Positions 13,850-27,437 are shown, counted from the whole stretch's first letter. The stretch: 62,829 bases of DNA, filler included, from Rhabdomonas costata (GCA_019059605.1; 39 parts of 39 records of this genome joined end to end with filler, not necessarily neighbours in it), one strand, 5' to 3'. The notes: generated by a model from the letters alone, not told the origin. Program-made: numbers and translations.

Positions 13850-14100
13850 CGCGTCAGACAGCCTTTGCAGAGGGGAACCCACTGCCCCGCAGCGACCGAG
13901 TACCCTCTGGCGCCTCCACAGCCGCTCAGGTGACCACCAGGTCCTCCCCGAGCCGCAATTGGTTATGGTGACTGCTCGCATGCATTGCTTTCTGTCCAGC
14001 TCGGATGGCCTTCCTGGCCTTAGGGCCCCACGGTCTCCGACGAACCTCATACAATGATGGACCTGAGCTTTTCTGTCTCGGGCTGGGCTGCCGCTGCCCC
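13850..14100 (+). mobile_element. Possible decayed non-LTR RT fragment
   Basis: YNDGPELFCLGLG near 14050 resembles RT QGxxxGPxLFxL. Confidence 0.2.
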
Positions 14101-14978
14101 AGGGGTGACCTCCGCCTGGGGAAGAGGTATGGTGCAGCACAGACACAAGGACGTCGGAACCAGAGCCATCGGGTAGGGGGAGCTCGAGGCGGGTGAGGAT
14201 ACCTGCGCGGTTGTACTCAGCGGCCAGGGGGGTCGCGGAACAAGTTATGGCGAGTATACGTGCCGGACGAGGCGCAACAAAGGGACATTATGCTTTTTGA
14301 TATTCCCACTGGGGTCAAAAGGTAGACAAGATAAAGAAATTTATTTCTCAACCAAAGCACTATATTGATCTTCCCTCTCATTAGTCTCACATGCATTAAA
14401 CTTTTTGGTCGAGACCCAACAAANNNNNNNNNNNNNNNNNNNNNNNNNNNNNNNNNNNNNNNNNNNNTTAATTAATTAANNNNNNNNNNNNNNNNNNNNN
14501 NNNNNNNNNNNNNNNNNNNNNNNGTGGGCTTTCGAGAGTTCGGCTCCAGGGGGTACTGGGAAAAGGGCGCAAGCGTGTGGCCACGAAAGAATGGAGCAAG
14601 CAGCAGATTACGCGTTGTTTTCTGTTGTAGTTGGTGAATTTGGTCCGATGCAGAGGGGGGGGGCAAACGGCTTAACGACGTTAAAGATTCATCGGACCCA
14701 TGAATATACTGTGCCAAAGTGCATCCATCTGTGTGATCATTGTACCAGCGGTGCAGCAAAGAATTGCTGAAGTGACTGATAAATGCAGGGTTCGCCGAAC
14801 TGCCACCGCGAGAGAGTGCAATAACGGCGGTGCGGCCTTTTCCCTTGTGATTCGGGTGATCCGGATTTGTGGATGTCGAAGAATGAAGAGTCGAAGCGCT
14901 TCCGCTTTCTTCAGTTTCCCGTGGTTCTTGCTGGCTTTGTAATTTACCCTTGGGAGTCTTTGTGGTGTTTTTTCGCAG

Positions 14979-15825
14979 GTGTTCCAGGGGTTGATGATGG
15001 TGGTGCCCCGAACCTGCCACACCACCAGCCAGGCCATTCACGTGTGGATCCACGAAAACATGCGATGCTTCCACGACCGGCTCGTCGACTCCACGGACCG
15101 CCGGTACTTCACCGAGGAGCTCGTGATGGAGGTCCTCAAGCGCAGCTTCCCCGTCTCCCGGGACCTCACCCACGAAGACCTCTTCGAGGGCGCCCCTGGG
15201 CTGTGGGGAGACTTCACCCGCATTGGCGCCCCTCCTGAGGAGCGACTGTACGAGGAGATTACAGACCCCTCAGCCCTCCCTCGGCTGTTCGATGAATACC
15301 TGGATGAGTACAACCTGAACACCCGCCGTCCCCTAAACCTGGTCTTCTTTAAGGACCACTGCGAGCACCTGGCTCGGATCTGCCGCATCCTCCGCCAGCC
15401 GCGGGGCAACGCCCTGCTAGTCGGGGTGGGGGGCTGTGGGAAGCAGAGCCTCACCCGCCTCGCCGCGGCGATTGCGGAGTACAAGTGCTTCCAGATCGAA
15501 GTCACCCGGAGCTACGGCCTGACGCAGTTCCACAGCGACCTGCAGGAGCTGTACCGCCTGGCCGGGGTCGAGGGCAAGCCCGCAGTGTTCCTGTTCTCGG
15601 ACACCCAGATCGTCGAGGAGGGGATGCTAGAGGACATCAACAACATGCTGAACTCCGGGGAGATCCCCAACCTGTTCACCCAGGAGGAAAGGGACCAGTG
15701 CATCAACGACTGCCTGGAGGTCGCCCGGGAGGCCCAGGTCGGGGGGTCCCGGGACGCCGTGTACAACTTTTTCCTCAGCCGAGTCCGTGACAACCTCCAC
15801 GTCGTGCTGTGCATGTCCCCCGTGG
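14979..15825 (+). CDS. Axonemal dynein heavy chain, internal exon covering AAA3 lid to AAA4
   Basis: 847-nt exon (cgcag|...|gtgtgc) with VFQGL, WIHENMRCFHDRL, LVFFKD, RILRQPRGNALLVGVGGCGKQSLTRLA (AAA4 P-loop), EDINNMLNSGEIPNLF, NLHVVLCMSPVG. Confidence 0.97.
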
Positions 15826-17300
15826 GTGTGCTGAGACCCTGAACCCGAACCCCCCGCGCACCAGCGCACCATGGTGCGCTGCGGCATAGTTCACGGTTTG
15901 CGAGGGTTGTGAAGTGGGCATTGGGGGGTTTCGCGGCACCCACAGTGTCTGGCTCCCGGGGATGCTGCACACAACGGAGAAGCGCGCAGTCGGTAATCAG
16001 GCAATAGATGAACCGGATATGAACGGAACACAACAAANNNNNNNNNNNNNNNNNNNNNNNNNNNNNNNNNNNNNNNNNNNNTTAATTAATTAANNNNNNN
16101 NNNNNNNNNNNNNNNNNNNNNNNNNNNNNNNNNNNNNCGGGGGGGGGGGGAATAACCTCTTGTTCACATCGCATCCCCATCGCATTCATTGGTACATTGG
16201 GTGAGTTCCAATAAGGACCTCGCACTTTTGGGAGCTCTGAAGCCTGTTAGGTTCCAGCATTTAGCCCGGACTGCTCTGCTAATCTGAGGGTAAGGCCCAA
16301 TTGGAGTATTTCACGTTGGAACCCGAGTTGGACGGGATGCTTCTTCATGCCAGTGGCCGTCCAGCCTTATTATGAGCTGTTTTTGGGGGCCTTTTCAGAC
16401 TTTTTGAGTCCTGTGCCCGGAAAAGGGATTAATTCGTGCAAGTTGGCACACCCGCACCACCCCTGCGTGCCGAACGCCGAAAACACAATTGTGCATGTGT
16501 ATGTCTCCGCATTTAAAGAGAAGCAGAACCAAAGGCTTTGCACAGTTGGGGGAAATAAAATATGGTCAAATACATGGAAAAAGAACGGGTTTGTTGAGCA
16601 GCGTTTTTTGTGGGGAGGGGGGGGGCGTATCCAATACACAAAACGGAGTCAGTCCGCAACATAACCGAACTTCGATTCATACCGCTCTCGCTTGTGGAGG
16701 CAAAGGAGCAGAAACCACGATTGCACAGCCAAGAACTCTGCCCTTGGAGAGAGTTCCCCCGCCTGAGGGACCACAACCACAACCACCGCGTGCGCGCACA
16801 CACACACACACACACACACCGCACATTACTCACTCACATCTTCGAAGAGTCCACTATGAAGCGCATACGAATGTAAACGTGCTCATCAAATTTCCTAATG
16901 GACTTCTATTTGGGAGATGCGGGAAGAGGGACTGCAAATTACCTGCCTTTCCGCATTTCATTACGTATTTTTTTTTAGTGTTTAATATCATGGGGCTAAT
17001 ATTAAAAATATACTCAGACAAAGACAAACGCCGAATGACCACGATGCTGGCACAGTCAGCGCAGAGGCAAAAACGCGTGAACGCAGCAGGGCCCAGAAAA
17101 ACACGAGGCATCCTTAAAACAAAAAAACATACAAGATGGTAACATCCGCAAATCGCAAAGGAAACTATACTTTGATCATGAGAGCGGAAAGAGAATCGTT
17201 GAAGAGGAATGGAGCAAAAGACGGGCAATTGGGCACCAACAGAGCCAGTGAAAAAGGTTGCAGACTTCAATTGAATCAATTATTCCGTCCCCCACACCAC

Positions 17301-17473
17301 CTATTGCCGGGGTCACGCTTGAGGTGCTACAACAGAGTGTCAGAGGGAGGGAAGAACCTGGGAAGCGGTAACGTACAGGCGGAGCACAAGCCATTCCGCC
17401 CCAAGGGCGGCCATCATCTCCTCATAGATAGGAGCACTGATATTTTGCCGCGCAAGCTGAAGGTCAGCGATTA
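17301..17473 (-). CDS. Probable exons of unknown protein with a putative 31-nt intron (17327-17357)
   Basis: LQLARQNISAPIYEEMMAALGAEWLVLRLYVTASQ|gt..ag|HLKRDPGN; splicing removes an in-frame TGA. Confidence 0.35.
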
Positions 17474-17791
17474 GGGCGCGGACACGGCGGGTTGCGTCCA
17501 CATGTCGCCCAGCAGCCTGCACGCGGAATGGGTACGCATGTGCAAGTCCACGCGATTGCTGTGCAGTCTTCATTTAATACTGCGCTTGTCCTGAATGCAA
17601 ATACCGAATCTTCTTCATTTCCTTCGGCCGTCGACTGAAATGACCAAAAAAANNNNNNNNNNNNNNNNNNNNNNNNNNNNNNNNNNNNNNNNNNNNTTAA
17701 TTAATTAANNNNNNNNNNNNNNNNNNNNNNNNNNNNNNNNNNNNNNNNNNNNTCTTACCCATGGGTGTGGTTGCTTATCCATCTGTTTGCG

Positions 17792-18845
17792 AGGCGTGTG
17801 CACGTCGGGAAGCCCGGGGAGAGCCGCGAGAAGCACGGCGTGCGCTGGGCAGCCTTTCTTATCGTCGGACGTTTGCTTGAAGGTGGCGGACCTCGAGACA
17901 ATGCACTTGTCTCTTCTGCTTGCATTTTAGCATTTTGGTTTTCCGTTAACCATATGGGCTCATTCTGTGCTTTTTCTTTTGGCACTGCAGGTCCATCCCG
18001 CGCGAAAGAGGGAGTGGTGGTTGCCTTCGCTGTGGATACGGGCGGGAGCTTTTATTTGTGATGGGCACAGGGTAAGCTCCGGCTGCACAAGTTCATCCGC
18101 AGCAATGTTCTGCCCACGGTGGACCCTCGACTGCACCAGCGGTACCCCGGGCTGGGCGTCCTGCACAACTTCGCCACTGCGGTGGACGCGTACCACACTT
18201 CCCTGCGCCACCTTTCGGTGATCTCACCCCCCTCCCGCGTCTCCCCTCTACGTCGTTACGTCGTGTGGGTCTGGTGATGACATCCGCTTCCGTCCTTTGC
18301 CCCTCTAACTGTTCGGACTTGTTTAGGTTTGAATCTACGGTTTCGGCCGGTTCCATGCTTCTCCCAGCGTCTCAGCTGCTTTTTCATGTTGAATTCACGT
18401 TGTGATGTGCACCCGCAATATCCATCCCTCTCGCACACGCAACCCTTCCCCCCCGCACCCAGCCTTTTTTCTTCCCTCCTTTTCCTCCTTCTCCTCCTTT
18501 CACTCTCTTTGCAGTCTTGTGTAAGTGCTGTGTGCCGGATTTTGGACACTGCACTTTGTGTTGTTGCATTGTTGTTATTTTTTCTTCATATTTTCCCCGT
18601 CGCACTCACTTACATTGTGTACACGGCTCACACATACCCCATAGCATCGGCATCTTTCTTTCCAATAAACCGATAAACTTCTTATGTTGAGCACCCCCGC
18701 CTGTGTCCTGTTCCGTATTATTTGGGATGAATGAATTGTTGTGCATTTGACGCAGCGGAGGCAGGAGCTCCGGCGGGCCCTTGGAAAGGAGGAGGGCAAG
18801 GAGAACACCATCCCTGGGGCAGACCCCGAGGCGGCCGACTCTCGA
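17792..18845 (+). CDS. Multi-exon gene of unknown function (exons ~17792-17837, 17991-18016, 18071-18217, ~18756-18845)
   Basis: GC3-rich exons such as GKLRLHKFIRSNVLPTVDPRLHQRYPGLGVLHNFATAVDAYHTSLRHLS, bounded by AG/GT. Confidence 0.5.
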
Positions 18846-19367
18846 GGTTTGTATATTCTCGTTCCAAATGCACCGTGACAAGGGTTGGAGAAAGAGGAGC
18901 TGCTGTGAGTTGCTCTCAATGTCGAGTTTGTTGGTTTGCTGCTGTGTTACTGTTTTTTTGCCTGAACATGGCTCAATTCAAATCTGTGATGTGTGGGGTT
19001 GTTTTGACTGCTTCCAGCTCCCGTCTGCAAACATCAGTTGCGAGGCTGGTGGGAAAATGTCCTGACGTCAATGCTGTTTGTGCCTTCAGTACTCAGTGAT
19101 CTGCCTGGTCTAAAGGAAAATAGACGTAGCCGCGGGAAAAGAATTCGCCATGCTGCCTTTGGCATAGTAATGAAGCAACTACACGGCCTTACACGGCCTT
19201 TTAGTTAAAGGCATGAAGATTGTACAAGGGAGGAAGGGCTGGGGGAGCCCGCCCGTCCCCCCAACCCNNNNNNNNNNNNNNNNNNNNNNNNNNNNNNNNN
19301 NNNNNNNNNNNTTAATTAATTAANNNNNNNNNNNNNNNNNNNNNNNNNNNNNNNNNNNNNNNNNNNN

Positions 19368-19577
19368 GGGGGTGGGGAGGCCGTCCGAAGGTTCAAGGCG
19401 ATGCTGCAGAGGCATCTCCCTGTGCTGCTGCTGCTGCTGGGACAGCCCCAGCGAGATGCCCTGAGGCCGGTGTGCACGGCGGTGCTGGGGCTGATGGGAT
19501 GGGCTGGGGAGCAGGGGTCCTGGGGGTCCCCCGTGGAACCCGGGAAGAAGCTGTTTGCTCCGCAGCTTCAGCTGCAG
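19368..19577 (+). CDS. Exon of unknown alpha-helical protein
   Basis: GC3-rich frame EAVRRFKAMLQRHLPVLLLLLGQP...PQLQLQ ending at cag|gtatcg. Confidence 0.55.
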
Positions 19578-20384
19578 GTATCGTGCCCCTTCCCCAGCTT
19601 TCGCCCCTCCCTTCCCATTCGTCTTTCCTCGGAAAGTTGTTTGGTTGATTTGGAACTCATTCTTTGCGTGGTCGGCAGGATTTGGGCCACTGAGCTCTCC
19701 ATAAATGGACTCACGCATGCATCCGCATTTGCAAACCAGAGGTACAAGCGGTTTCTTGGTGGCCAGCCACGATAGCAGGGAATGCATTGCTGCTGGGAGC
19801 TGAGAAGTAGCCTTACGGGGAGGCGTTGAATGTTTTGGGACTTTGTGGATCGATTGAGACAGGACTGGGATGGAAACTTCCCCGCAACGTGGCCGGAGCG
19901 GGAGGATGATGCGGGACGTGCCATGGAAAGTCGTGCAAAAATTTTACTTTTGATGTTTAGCAGTGTTAAACGTTTGACACCGTTAAACGCATAGTTTCTT
20001 TTTGGTGAAGGTATCTTTCGAGCATGGCAGTTAAATAAAACGTGCCAGTGGAGGATGCTATTGGGTCGAAGGGTTTTCTGTACCGGTGCGCCCTATGACG
20101 ATTTTTTAAGTTTAAAAATATTTTTTGACGATTTTATCATTCAATATTTACCCGAAAAAGATTCAATTGGCCCTTTTCAGAGTTCTCGAACATCATCATC
20201 TGGCACCGAGGTGGGAAGACCCGTCAGCGAACGGCCGTAGCCTTATGCCCTTTGCTCAACTTCCAAGTCAGTAGATATATCGCAGGGTAGAGGCAGTCGT
20301 TGAAGCACAGAGGAGCTTGGGCTTCCTGCACCAGCTCTCACTCCATAAACCCAGTAAAGAAAACTGACCGCCCACTGTCGAGGA

Positions 20385-20540
20385 GTGAAGCGGGAGGCAA
20401 CCCACCACCCGTCCCTGCAAACGGGGATCCACGAAACCCCATCTGAGCGCGGAGCGTTGGGCGCCAACTCTGGACGCGCCAGTGGCGCCAGTGAGGGACC
20501 TCTCAAGAACAGAATGCGGAGAGCAGCTCAGCGATTAGGA
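20385..20540 (+). mobile_element. Possible decayed tyrosine recombinase C-terminal fragment
   Basis: TTRPCKRGSTKPHL resembles the YR T.HS.KRGAT box. Confidence 0.2.
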
Positions 20541-23500
20541 GAAGTGGAAGTTGAAACAGACTTCTCCGCCGACAAAATCCACATAAACCGTGCAGAACGA
20601 ATTATTTGGCGTACGAGTATTATGAGACCCCCCCCCCCCGTTTAAGGGGCATTTTACGTACCCAAGGTGTGCATGCAATGAGGGTGAGCGGGGGGGGGGG
20701 CTACCGTGCATCGCCACTTTACCCGATGCGAGGTATTTTGTCGCAGGAGACGTGTGCATCACTCCCTGACCCCCTTGCGACCTCCGGCATTCTGTCATGT
20801 CCCCATAGGTGGACGAGACGTGCACCCTGTAGGGTCCCTAATGTGCACCGAAATGGGGAGGGGGTCCCCACGCATCTTTTCNNNNNNNNNNNNNNNNNNN
20901 NNNNNNNNNNNNNNNNNNNNNNNNNTTAATTAATTAANNNNNNNNNNNNNNNNNNNNNNNNNNNNNNNNNNNNNNNNNNNNTTGTTGGTGTACCGGGAGG
21001 GGTTGAAGAAGCTGGTCAGCCCGCAGAAGGATTTAACCTGTGTGGAGATCCCGTGTCCGTAACTGAGGCCAGTCCTGCTTGCTGGTGATTGGAAATCCAA
21101 CAAGACAACGTTTTGATGCAAGATGCAAATGTGTTCGAGGAAAGAATGCTGAAAAATCAAACCTCCCGCATCATAAACCCTCAGTGCTTAAAGATTTCGG
21201 TTTGGACTCATCCGGCTCATCTGAAGACTGGATGCCCCAGGGCGGCCCACAGTGGAGTGGCGATGGTGGGGTGGGGTGGAGAGAGATGCCACCCTATCAG
21301 CGGTTCCCGCAAGCTGCTGAAGATGTACAGGTAGTTCCCATACCCGTGGACCCGTGGTGTGTATGCATGGGTCCTTGAATGATCGGTGCAAAAAAAAAAA
21401 CAGTGTGGCGGAAGAACGCTTCTTTTCGAGCCCTGTCACACACACACTTCAAGAAACGCTGGCACAAGTGATAAACACACACCCCCCCCCCCCCACACCA
21501 CAGGCAGGGGGCTTCGGTTGCGGAGCATCGAGCCCATCGCAGTCCCGCCGCCATGGCGGTGCACTGCGCGCTGGTACGACGTCCACAGCCGGGCCAGCGG
21601 GTCGTGGCTGTCCAGGTCGTCCTTCCAGAACGCCTCTAAGGGGATCCGAGCCCCAGTCGCCAAGGGAAGCCAAGTTGTACTGCTGGAGGGTGACAGGGGT
21701 GCCTTGGGGGCGTTCACATCGTTCCCCGGCCTCACTGTTGTGTGGTTGTCATGGCTGGCAATGCTATGGAGGGAAGGCATCGGGGAAGAGGGCTGGGGGA
21801 CAGAGTGGTCCCCCTGCGGCGCAGCAAGGGAGAAGTTCGTCGTCGGTCGGACACCAGTCCACAGCCGCCTGTGAGAAGGTAAGTCCGCGGTAGTAGGGAA
21901 TGGGAGGTATCCATGATACCAGGCGAAAATCATTGTGTTGTGAGAAAGAGACGGCTCTAACTAGAAAGCCTTGAAGGGGTAAGATGTTCCATGCGCCCCT
22001 TGCTGCTCTGGTCAATGAAGCGAGGAAGAAAAATATCGGATTGGTCATACATATTGGCATGACGTTTGCTCTTTTTCTCTCGTCTTCGTCTTTCGTCTTC
22101 AGATACGGCTTCACGAGTTCTCAGGAATCAAGTCGATCCAAAGGTTTCTTCATCTTATCATGCATTCGAATAGGTCGCAATTTTTGCCCCCCCCCTCCTC
22201 CATCAGTTGCCTTCGCGCACGGGAGAGAGCCAGCCACTGGGGAGACATAGGACGACCGTAGCTCACTAACAAAGGTCGAGTGCTAGGCATTGGCAGATGC
22301 AGCGGGTGGGAAAACTAACGCAGGTATAAAGGAAAGCCTGCTAAACCCCTCGATCACTGCATAAGACATTGCAGACCACCTTCCACCAAAGATGTCGGCA
22401 GGCAAGCCGGCAGGCAGAAAAGCAGGCAGACACCCGGCCAGGTTGGCAGTGACCCCAACACGGCACCGCACAGAGCGGTGCACCCCCCCCAAACCNNNNN
22501 NNNNNNNNNNNNNNNNNNNNNNNNNNNNNNNNNNNNNNNTTAATTAATTAANNNNNNNNNNNNNNNNNNNNNNNNNNNNNNNNNNNNNNNNNNNNGGTGG
22601 GGGTGCAGGCTCACCAAGTAACGGGCCAGGATGCCTTCGCCAGCGCACACTACACTCTTCTCTGCTCCCTCTCTACCTCCCTGCCTGTCTCCGCAACACT
22701 GGAGCGAGAAATTTAAGCAAAAGTGAAAATTAGCACGTCCCATTGAGGCTCTTCCTCTCTGCTCAAGCCGGAAAGAAAGCACTGAAGAAATTAACGGTTC
22801 CCACCCAGCCTGCGGCCGGACGGCGGGACCCGAAACCCACAACCCGAGGGAGCCACGGGCCACCAACCGCACCATCCAGCGGCAGAGCAAACCACTCACT
22901 CGTGCAAACACATAGGGGAGGACACGGGTAAATGCCCGCGCACCTACTCACACAAGGGGCGGCCGGGGGCCGGGAGCCGCGCGCAACACGTACATCACGC
23001 ATACAATCACACCAGGGGGAGAAATGAGAGAGAAAAGGCAATGCGCCCACCTCCGCAACATAACACAACCCCCTCCAACCTACGCCGCTCTCGGTCGCTC
23101 TCCACGAAGCCGAAGAGAGGCAAGATAAGGACAAACCCAAGAGATGCGAAAACCGGAGACACTATGTATGCAAACAGTTGAAAACGTAGAACCATCCATA
23201 ATCGGATGGCAACAACAGCATTTGGTTTGGGTGACTGGGACAGTGTACATGTTTGTATGTTTGTTCGCGAAAGATAAAGACGGAAGGTGCTCTTGCGAGG
23301 GCGTAAGTCGTGAGAAGGTGACCTCCCCCCCACACACACAAACACACACCAGGAACAGCGGGCAGAGAGGAGAAGCCCAGGTCGGGCAACACCCCATGAC
23401 GATCCGCAGCAGACAACCCGTTACTCCATAACTGCACCTGAGAGAATGCAAGACGAAGTCTTAAGAGTTGCAGGCCCATCATTAGGCATCCTTTCCCCTC

Positions 23501-24255
23501 ACTTCAGTTGCCACGGTCATCGAGTGAGAAACGCAGAAGCGCGGTGCTGACCTGGATCTGACTCCTGCACATCGTGTAAGCGGAGAATAGGAAGAACAGC
23601 AGGACCAACGCGAACTGCGACCACGAACCAGCCTGCGTTTTTATTTGGGATGAGAACCAAAAAACCACGAGGAGGTAGCCCCGGCAAATTCTTAGGAAAA
23701 GGGCCAGTCACCCGTCCTCCTTGATTCTTCTCACAGCGCGATGCTTTCAAGCACACGCACAAATCATGAAGGCATATGCGAAACATAGAAAGGAGACCGA
23801 CCCTAACGATTTCCGAAACTCGGACGACCCGACAATTGCATCCTACCTGAAAGGTTGTCAATAAACGTTTGACTCGATGCTCTGCACACGGCTCAAGCTG
23901 CGATCCTTCCGAGGTACAGCAAAACCCATACAGTACCGTCGGAACCGCAAAATGCCCCCCCCCAGCAGCAACAACTCCAAGATCTCAAGATTCGAGGACA
24001 TATGACGGTTCTTCAGTGGCTCCCGTCTGGCTTGTGCGAAGCACCAGCCAACCCAACCCACCAAACCAACCTCATAACCAAATGACTAAATGGTGCACGA
24101 GCACAGCCANNNNNNNNNNNNNNNNNNNNNNNNNNNNNNNNNNNNNNNNNNNNTTAATTAATTAANNNNNNNNNNNNNNNNNNNNNNNNNNNNNNNNNNN
24201 NNNNNNNNNGTTTTGGGTGCCAGAATCTGTTGGCGCGTGTCCGCGTCTTCAGTGG

Positions 24256-25692
24256 CGGCCCCTTCTGCTTCCGATCATGCTGCTTGTCTTTGTGAGCTCA
24301 TCTCTGCTGGCCCCTGCCGAGGCGGTGACGCTGCGGGGTAGTGTGAGTGCTCTGGTGCAGCCGATGATGGACGCGTGGAAGGCGCAGTTCGCCAGGATCT
24401 TTCCAGACACTGACCTGGAGCTGCACGTCGCGACGTCCATGGAGACGGTCACCGCCCTTGCTGCAGAGACGGTGCGGGCGTGTGTATGCCACCTGCATTT
24501 TTTACCAATGTGCTAGGGACACTGCTGGTTGCTGACACCTGCGTGACGCGGATGGCCATTGGTCAGCATGGAATTTTTTCCAGACCTTCCACTTCGCTGA
24601 CCACGTTCTCTTTGGGGAAGCCTTTTGCCGAGCTGGCATGGCTGGGAGGGCAGGGATATTCAAGCTTGCATTTGCGTTTGTCTTCCCCTCCTCTTGCAGG
24701 TTGACTTTGCGGCGCCCTCGCTCAGCTTGGACCTTCCTGACCCGGACCTTCGGCTGGTTCCCTTCACAATGACCCCAATGGTATGCAACAAGAAGCCCCA
24801 ATGAGCGCCCGTTGCAAGGTGTCAATGCCATGTCGGGAGGTTCATCCTGCGACCATTCCAATTCGGATCAATTGGAATAGGAAATTTAAATTACTGGACA
24901 CCGTGGAAACCACACATGTATGATTATTTTTTTTGAGGGTGTGGGGGTCTCAGGTCAACGCCTTCAACCTTCCCAACGTGACCCAATCGGTAGTTCTCTC
25001 CCGGGAAGTCCTCGCGAGCATATGGGCAGGTGAACTTTCGTGTGACGTACCACTTCCTATGTGCTCCATAATTGCCTTGCATAAGCCATCAGGCTCGGTT
25101 TGTATTCGGTTGGACTTCTGTGGAGCGGTGTGGGAGGGTTCCTGTTGTCATTCGGATGAGGAGGAGGTTGGAGAGGGATCGAAAAACAAAACCCAACAGG
25201 CAACATCACAACATGGTCGCACTCCGACATCCAAAGCCTGAACCCTGGGGTCGCCCTGCCCAACGCGACGATTCTGCTGCTGGTCCGGAAGGTCGGCGCT
25301 GCTCCTCACTCGTCCTCCCACCAAACACACGCGCAGACACATGCATTTGCACATTGGGGCGACTGGAATATGGAATTAATGCGCCGTCAAGAATCTTTTC
25401 AAAATTCGAAATTTTCGGGGTGGGGTGGGGTGGGGGCTTAGCAAGGCTGATCGTCTGCTTTAACCGTTTTGTTTGCTTTGTAACCAAGGCTAAAGTCACT
25501 CCCGCACACGAGGTTGCCATGTTCTCGTAGGGAAACACGGGGTACACTCTGGGCCAGACCACGGTGCTGTGCTCGTTCAGCGCCGCGTGGAATGCCACAA
25601 TGGGCGCATTCGCGGAGTTCTCAGGGTTCCGCAAGCGTGGCAACGGGACGGTGCTGCAGTACTCAGGGGATGGGCTGAAGATGTCCCGCGCG
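24256..25692 (+). CDS. Secreted/membrane protein with a PstS-like (type 2 periplasmic binding) domain; exons ~24256-24471, 24700-24780, 24954-25029, 25200-25291, 25531-~25692
   Basis: Signal-peptide-like N-terminus; VTLRGSVS, VDFAA, FNLP, LSREVLASIWAG|NITTWSHSDIQSLNPGVALPNATILLLVR match PstS; all four introns GT-AG and in frame. Confidence 0.85.
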
Positions 25693-25823
25693 GTTCGTGG
25701 CGGGTGCCCCTCAACCACAACCCNNNNNNNNNNNNNNNNNNNNNNNNNNNNNNNNNNNNNNNNNNNNTTAATTAATTAANNNNNNNNNNNNNNNNNNNNN
25801 NNNNNNNNNNNNNNNNNNNNNNN

Positions 25824-25963
25824 TGGTGGGTGTGGTTGGTGGTTTTTGGGACGTCAACAAAGGGGCGGCTATTGTGAACTACAGCAGCCACCTGAAGCCT
25901 GTGGTGTGTATTGTGCTGGACGACGCCTCGCCCGCGGCGGGTGGCGCTGACCTTCGCAAATGA
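25824..25963 (+). CDS. LST8: LST8-like WD40 protein (TOR complex subunit), terminal exon
   Basis: WDVNKGAAIVNYSSHLKPVVCIVLDD then TGA, like the LST8 C-terminal W..G..I..Y.GH.KAVVC..L.D. Confidence 0.6.
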
Positions 25964-26642
25964 GTGAGTGAGTGAGGGGTGATGGGGAAGGAGCGGAAGA
26001 CGCGGCATCGAAGGTGGGCAGACTGTGTCTGTGGTGGCTGCTGTGGTCTGGCCCTTGGCTGACCCTGGAAACTGTAATTCTGGCGTTTTCTTTGGTGTTT
26101 TGATATAGTGTTTTGAATTGCTGGGTTTGAAAGCTGGTCGGGGGATGTTTGTTTTGTGTACTCCAAGTTTTTTTGTAGTTATTGCCCTGAACGAGATGGA
26201 TTTCCCGCCAGCCTTCACAGAACGAAGTCTTAACATAAATTAGTCACAACGCTGCTACTTCAGCTTACCTCTTTTTCAAATGCGAAGACGCTTTGTGACT
26301 GAGTACACTCCGCTTGCTTTTAAAGTCACTCTCACGCCGACCTGGAACAAGCATGCATTTCCCCACAGTGCGAACTCCACTCCTTTGAGAATCGAGAGCT
26401 GTGGTCCAGTGACTATAAGAGCGGCTTTACAGTGACCCATGAGTCTTTTTTCCCTCATCATTCACGTTTTCACTGTGACCTCTAATCCTTCCATTACATG
26501 TGTGCTTGTGTTTCTCCTTCAGCTCACTTTGGGCTTTTTGCCCTTTTTTTTTTGAGTGGGTAACGTTGTAATTCGCAAGTGTGCCGACATAGTTCACACC
26601 AACAGTCACCACCCGATATCTCGCCCCATCCCACGATCCACG

Positions 26643-27337
26643 ATGGCAACGTGTGGGCATGGGATGCAGATTTCCGTGCTTGTCCTTCCGTTTATCTGGG
26701 CTGCCTTTATTCTGTGTGGGGATATCTACTTGGTCAACGACACCGTAAGAACTGTACATCGCTTTCTCAGTGATATTCCGGCTTCCACAGGTTGGCCTCT
26801 GTCACCTGATTCCCAAGAAGTCCCCTTCCACCTCCGATTTCCTGACGACCTTCATTCATCAACCTTAGATCAGATGCAATTTGACACTTCAGTGCCTGTA
26901 CTTTTGAACTCCCCCGACTCTGCCGAGGGTTGGAATGCCGGGAAGTCCTCTTCCTTGCGTCGTGCAGTCACCACTGGCTCCGCCGAGTTCTCTGCGGAAA
27001 CCGCTCCCGCAGCTATCCCAATTTCCAGCTCATCTCCTTTGAGTAACAGCAGTGCAACTTCCGCAAATCCTCCCTCGTGTGAGCCGCACGTGTGGGTGCG
27101 GCTTGGGCTGCCTTCCTGTGGTGCAACCCCGGCAGATGTGAGGCGTCACCTGCTGGAGGCTTTCCCGCCTTTTCGGGAGGAGCCTCGGGTGGTGCTAACA
27201 ATGCAGTCGTTGCTTCGCATTGATCCAGAAGATCAGTTTTCCCCCTCTGGCCTCCCTGCTGCATTGAATGGTTTGCCTGCACCTTGGCAGGCTTTCCAGA
27301 GTCGACCCTCCAGTGTCGCAGCACGAACCCCCCCAAC
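26643..27337 (+). CDS. Type II membrane protein (N-terminal TM, Ser-rich stem), truncated by contig end
   Basis: Open to the contig end; hydrophobic ISVLVLPFIWAAFILCG near the N-terminus. Confidence 0.45.
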
Positions 27338-27437
27338 NNNNNNNNNNNNNNNNNNNNNNNNNNNNNNNNNNNNNNNNNNNNTTAATTAATTAANNNNNNN
27401 NNNNNNNNNNNNNNNNNNNNNNNNNNNNNNNNNNNNN

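Noticed and set aside
14979-15825. Host stop-codon reassignment suggested by the UUA tRNA
   Set aside because: The conserved 847-nt dynein exon and other recognised exons contain no in-frame stops, so there is no evidence for recoding in this window.
21386-21933. Overlapping long ORFs on both strands
   Set aside because: Probably one minus-strand exon by GC3 bias, but boundaries and product cannot be supported.
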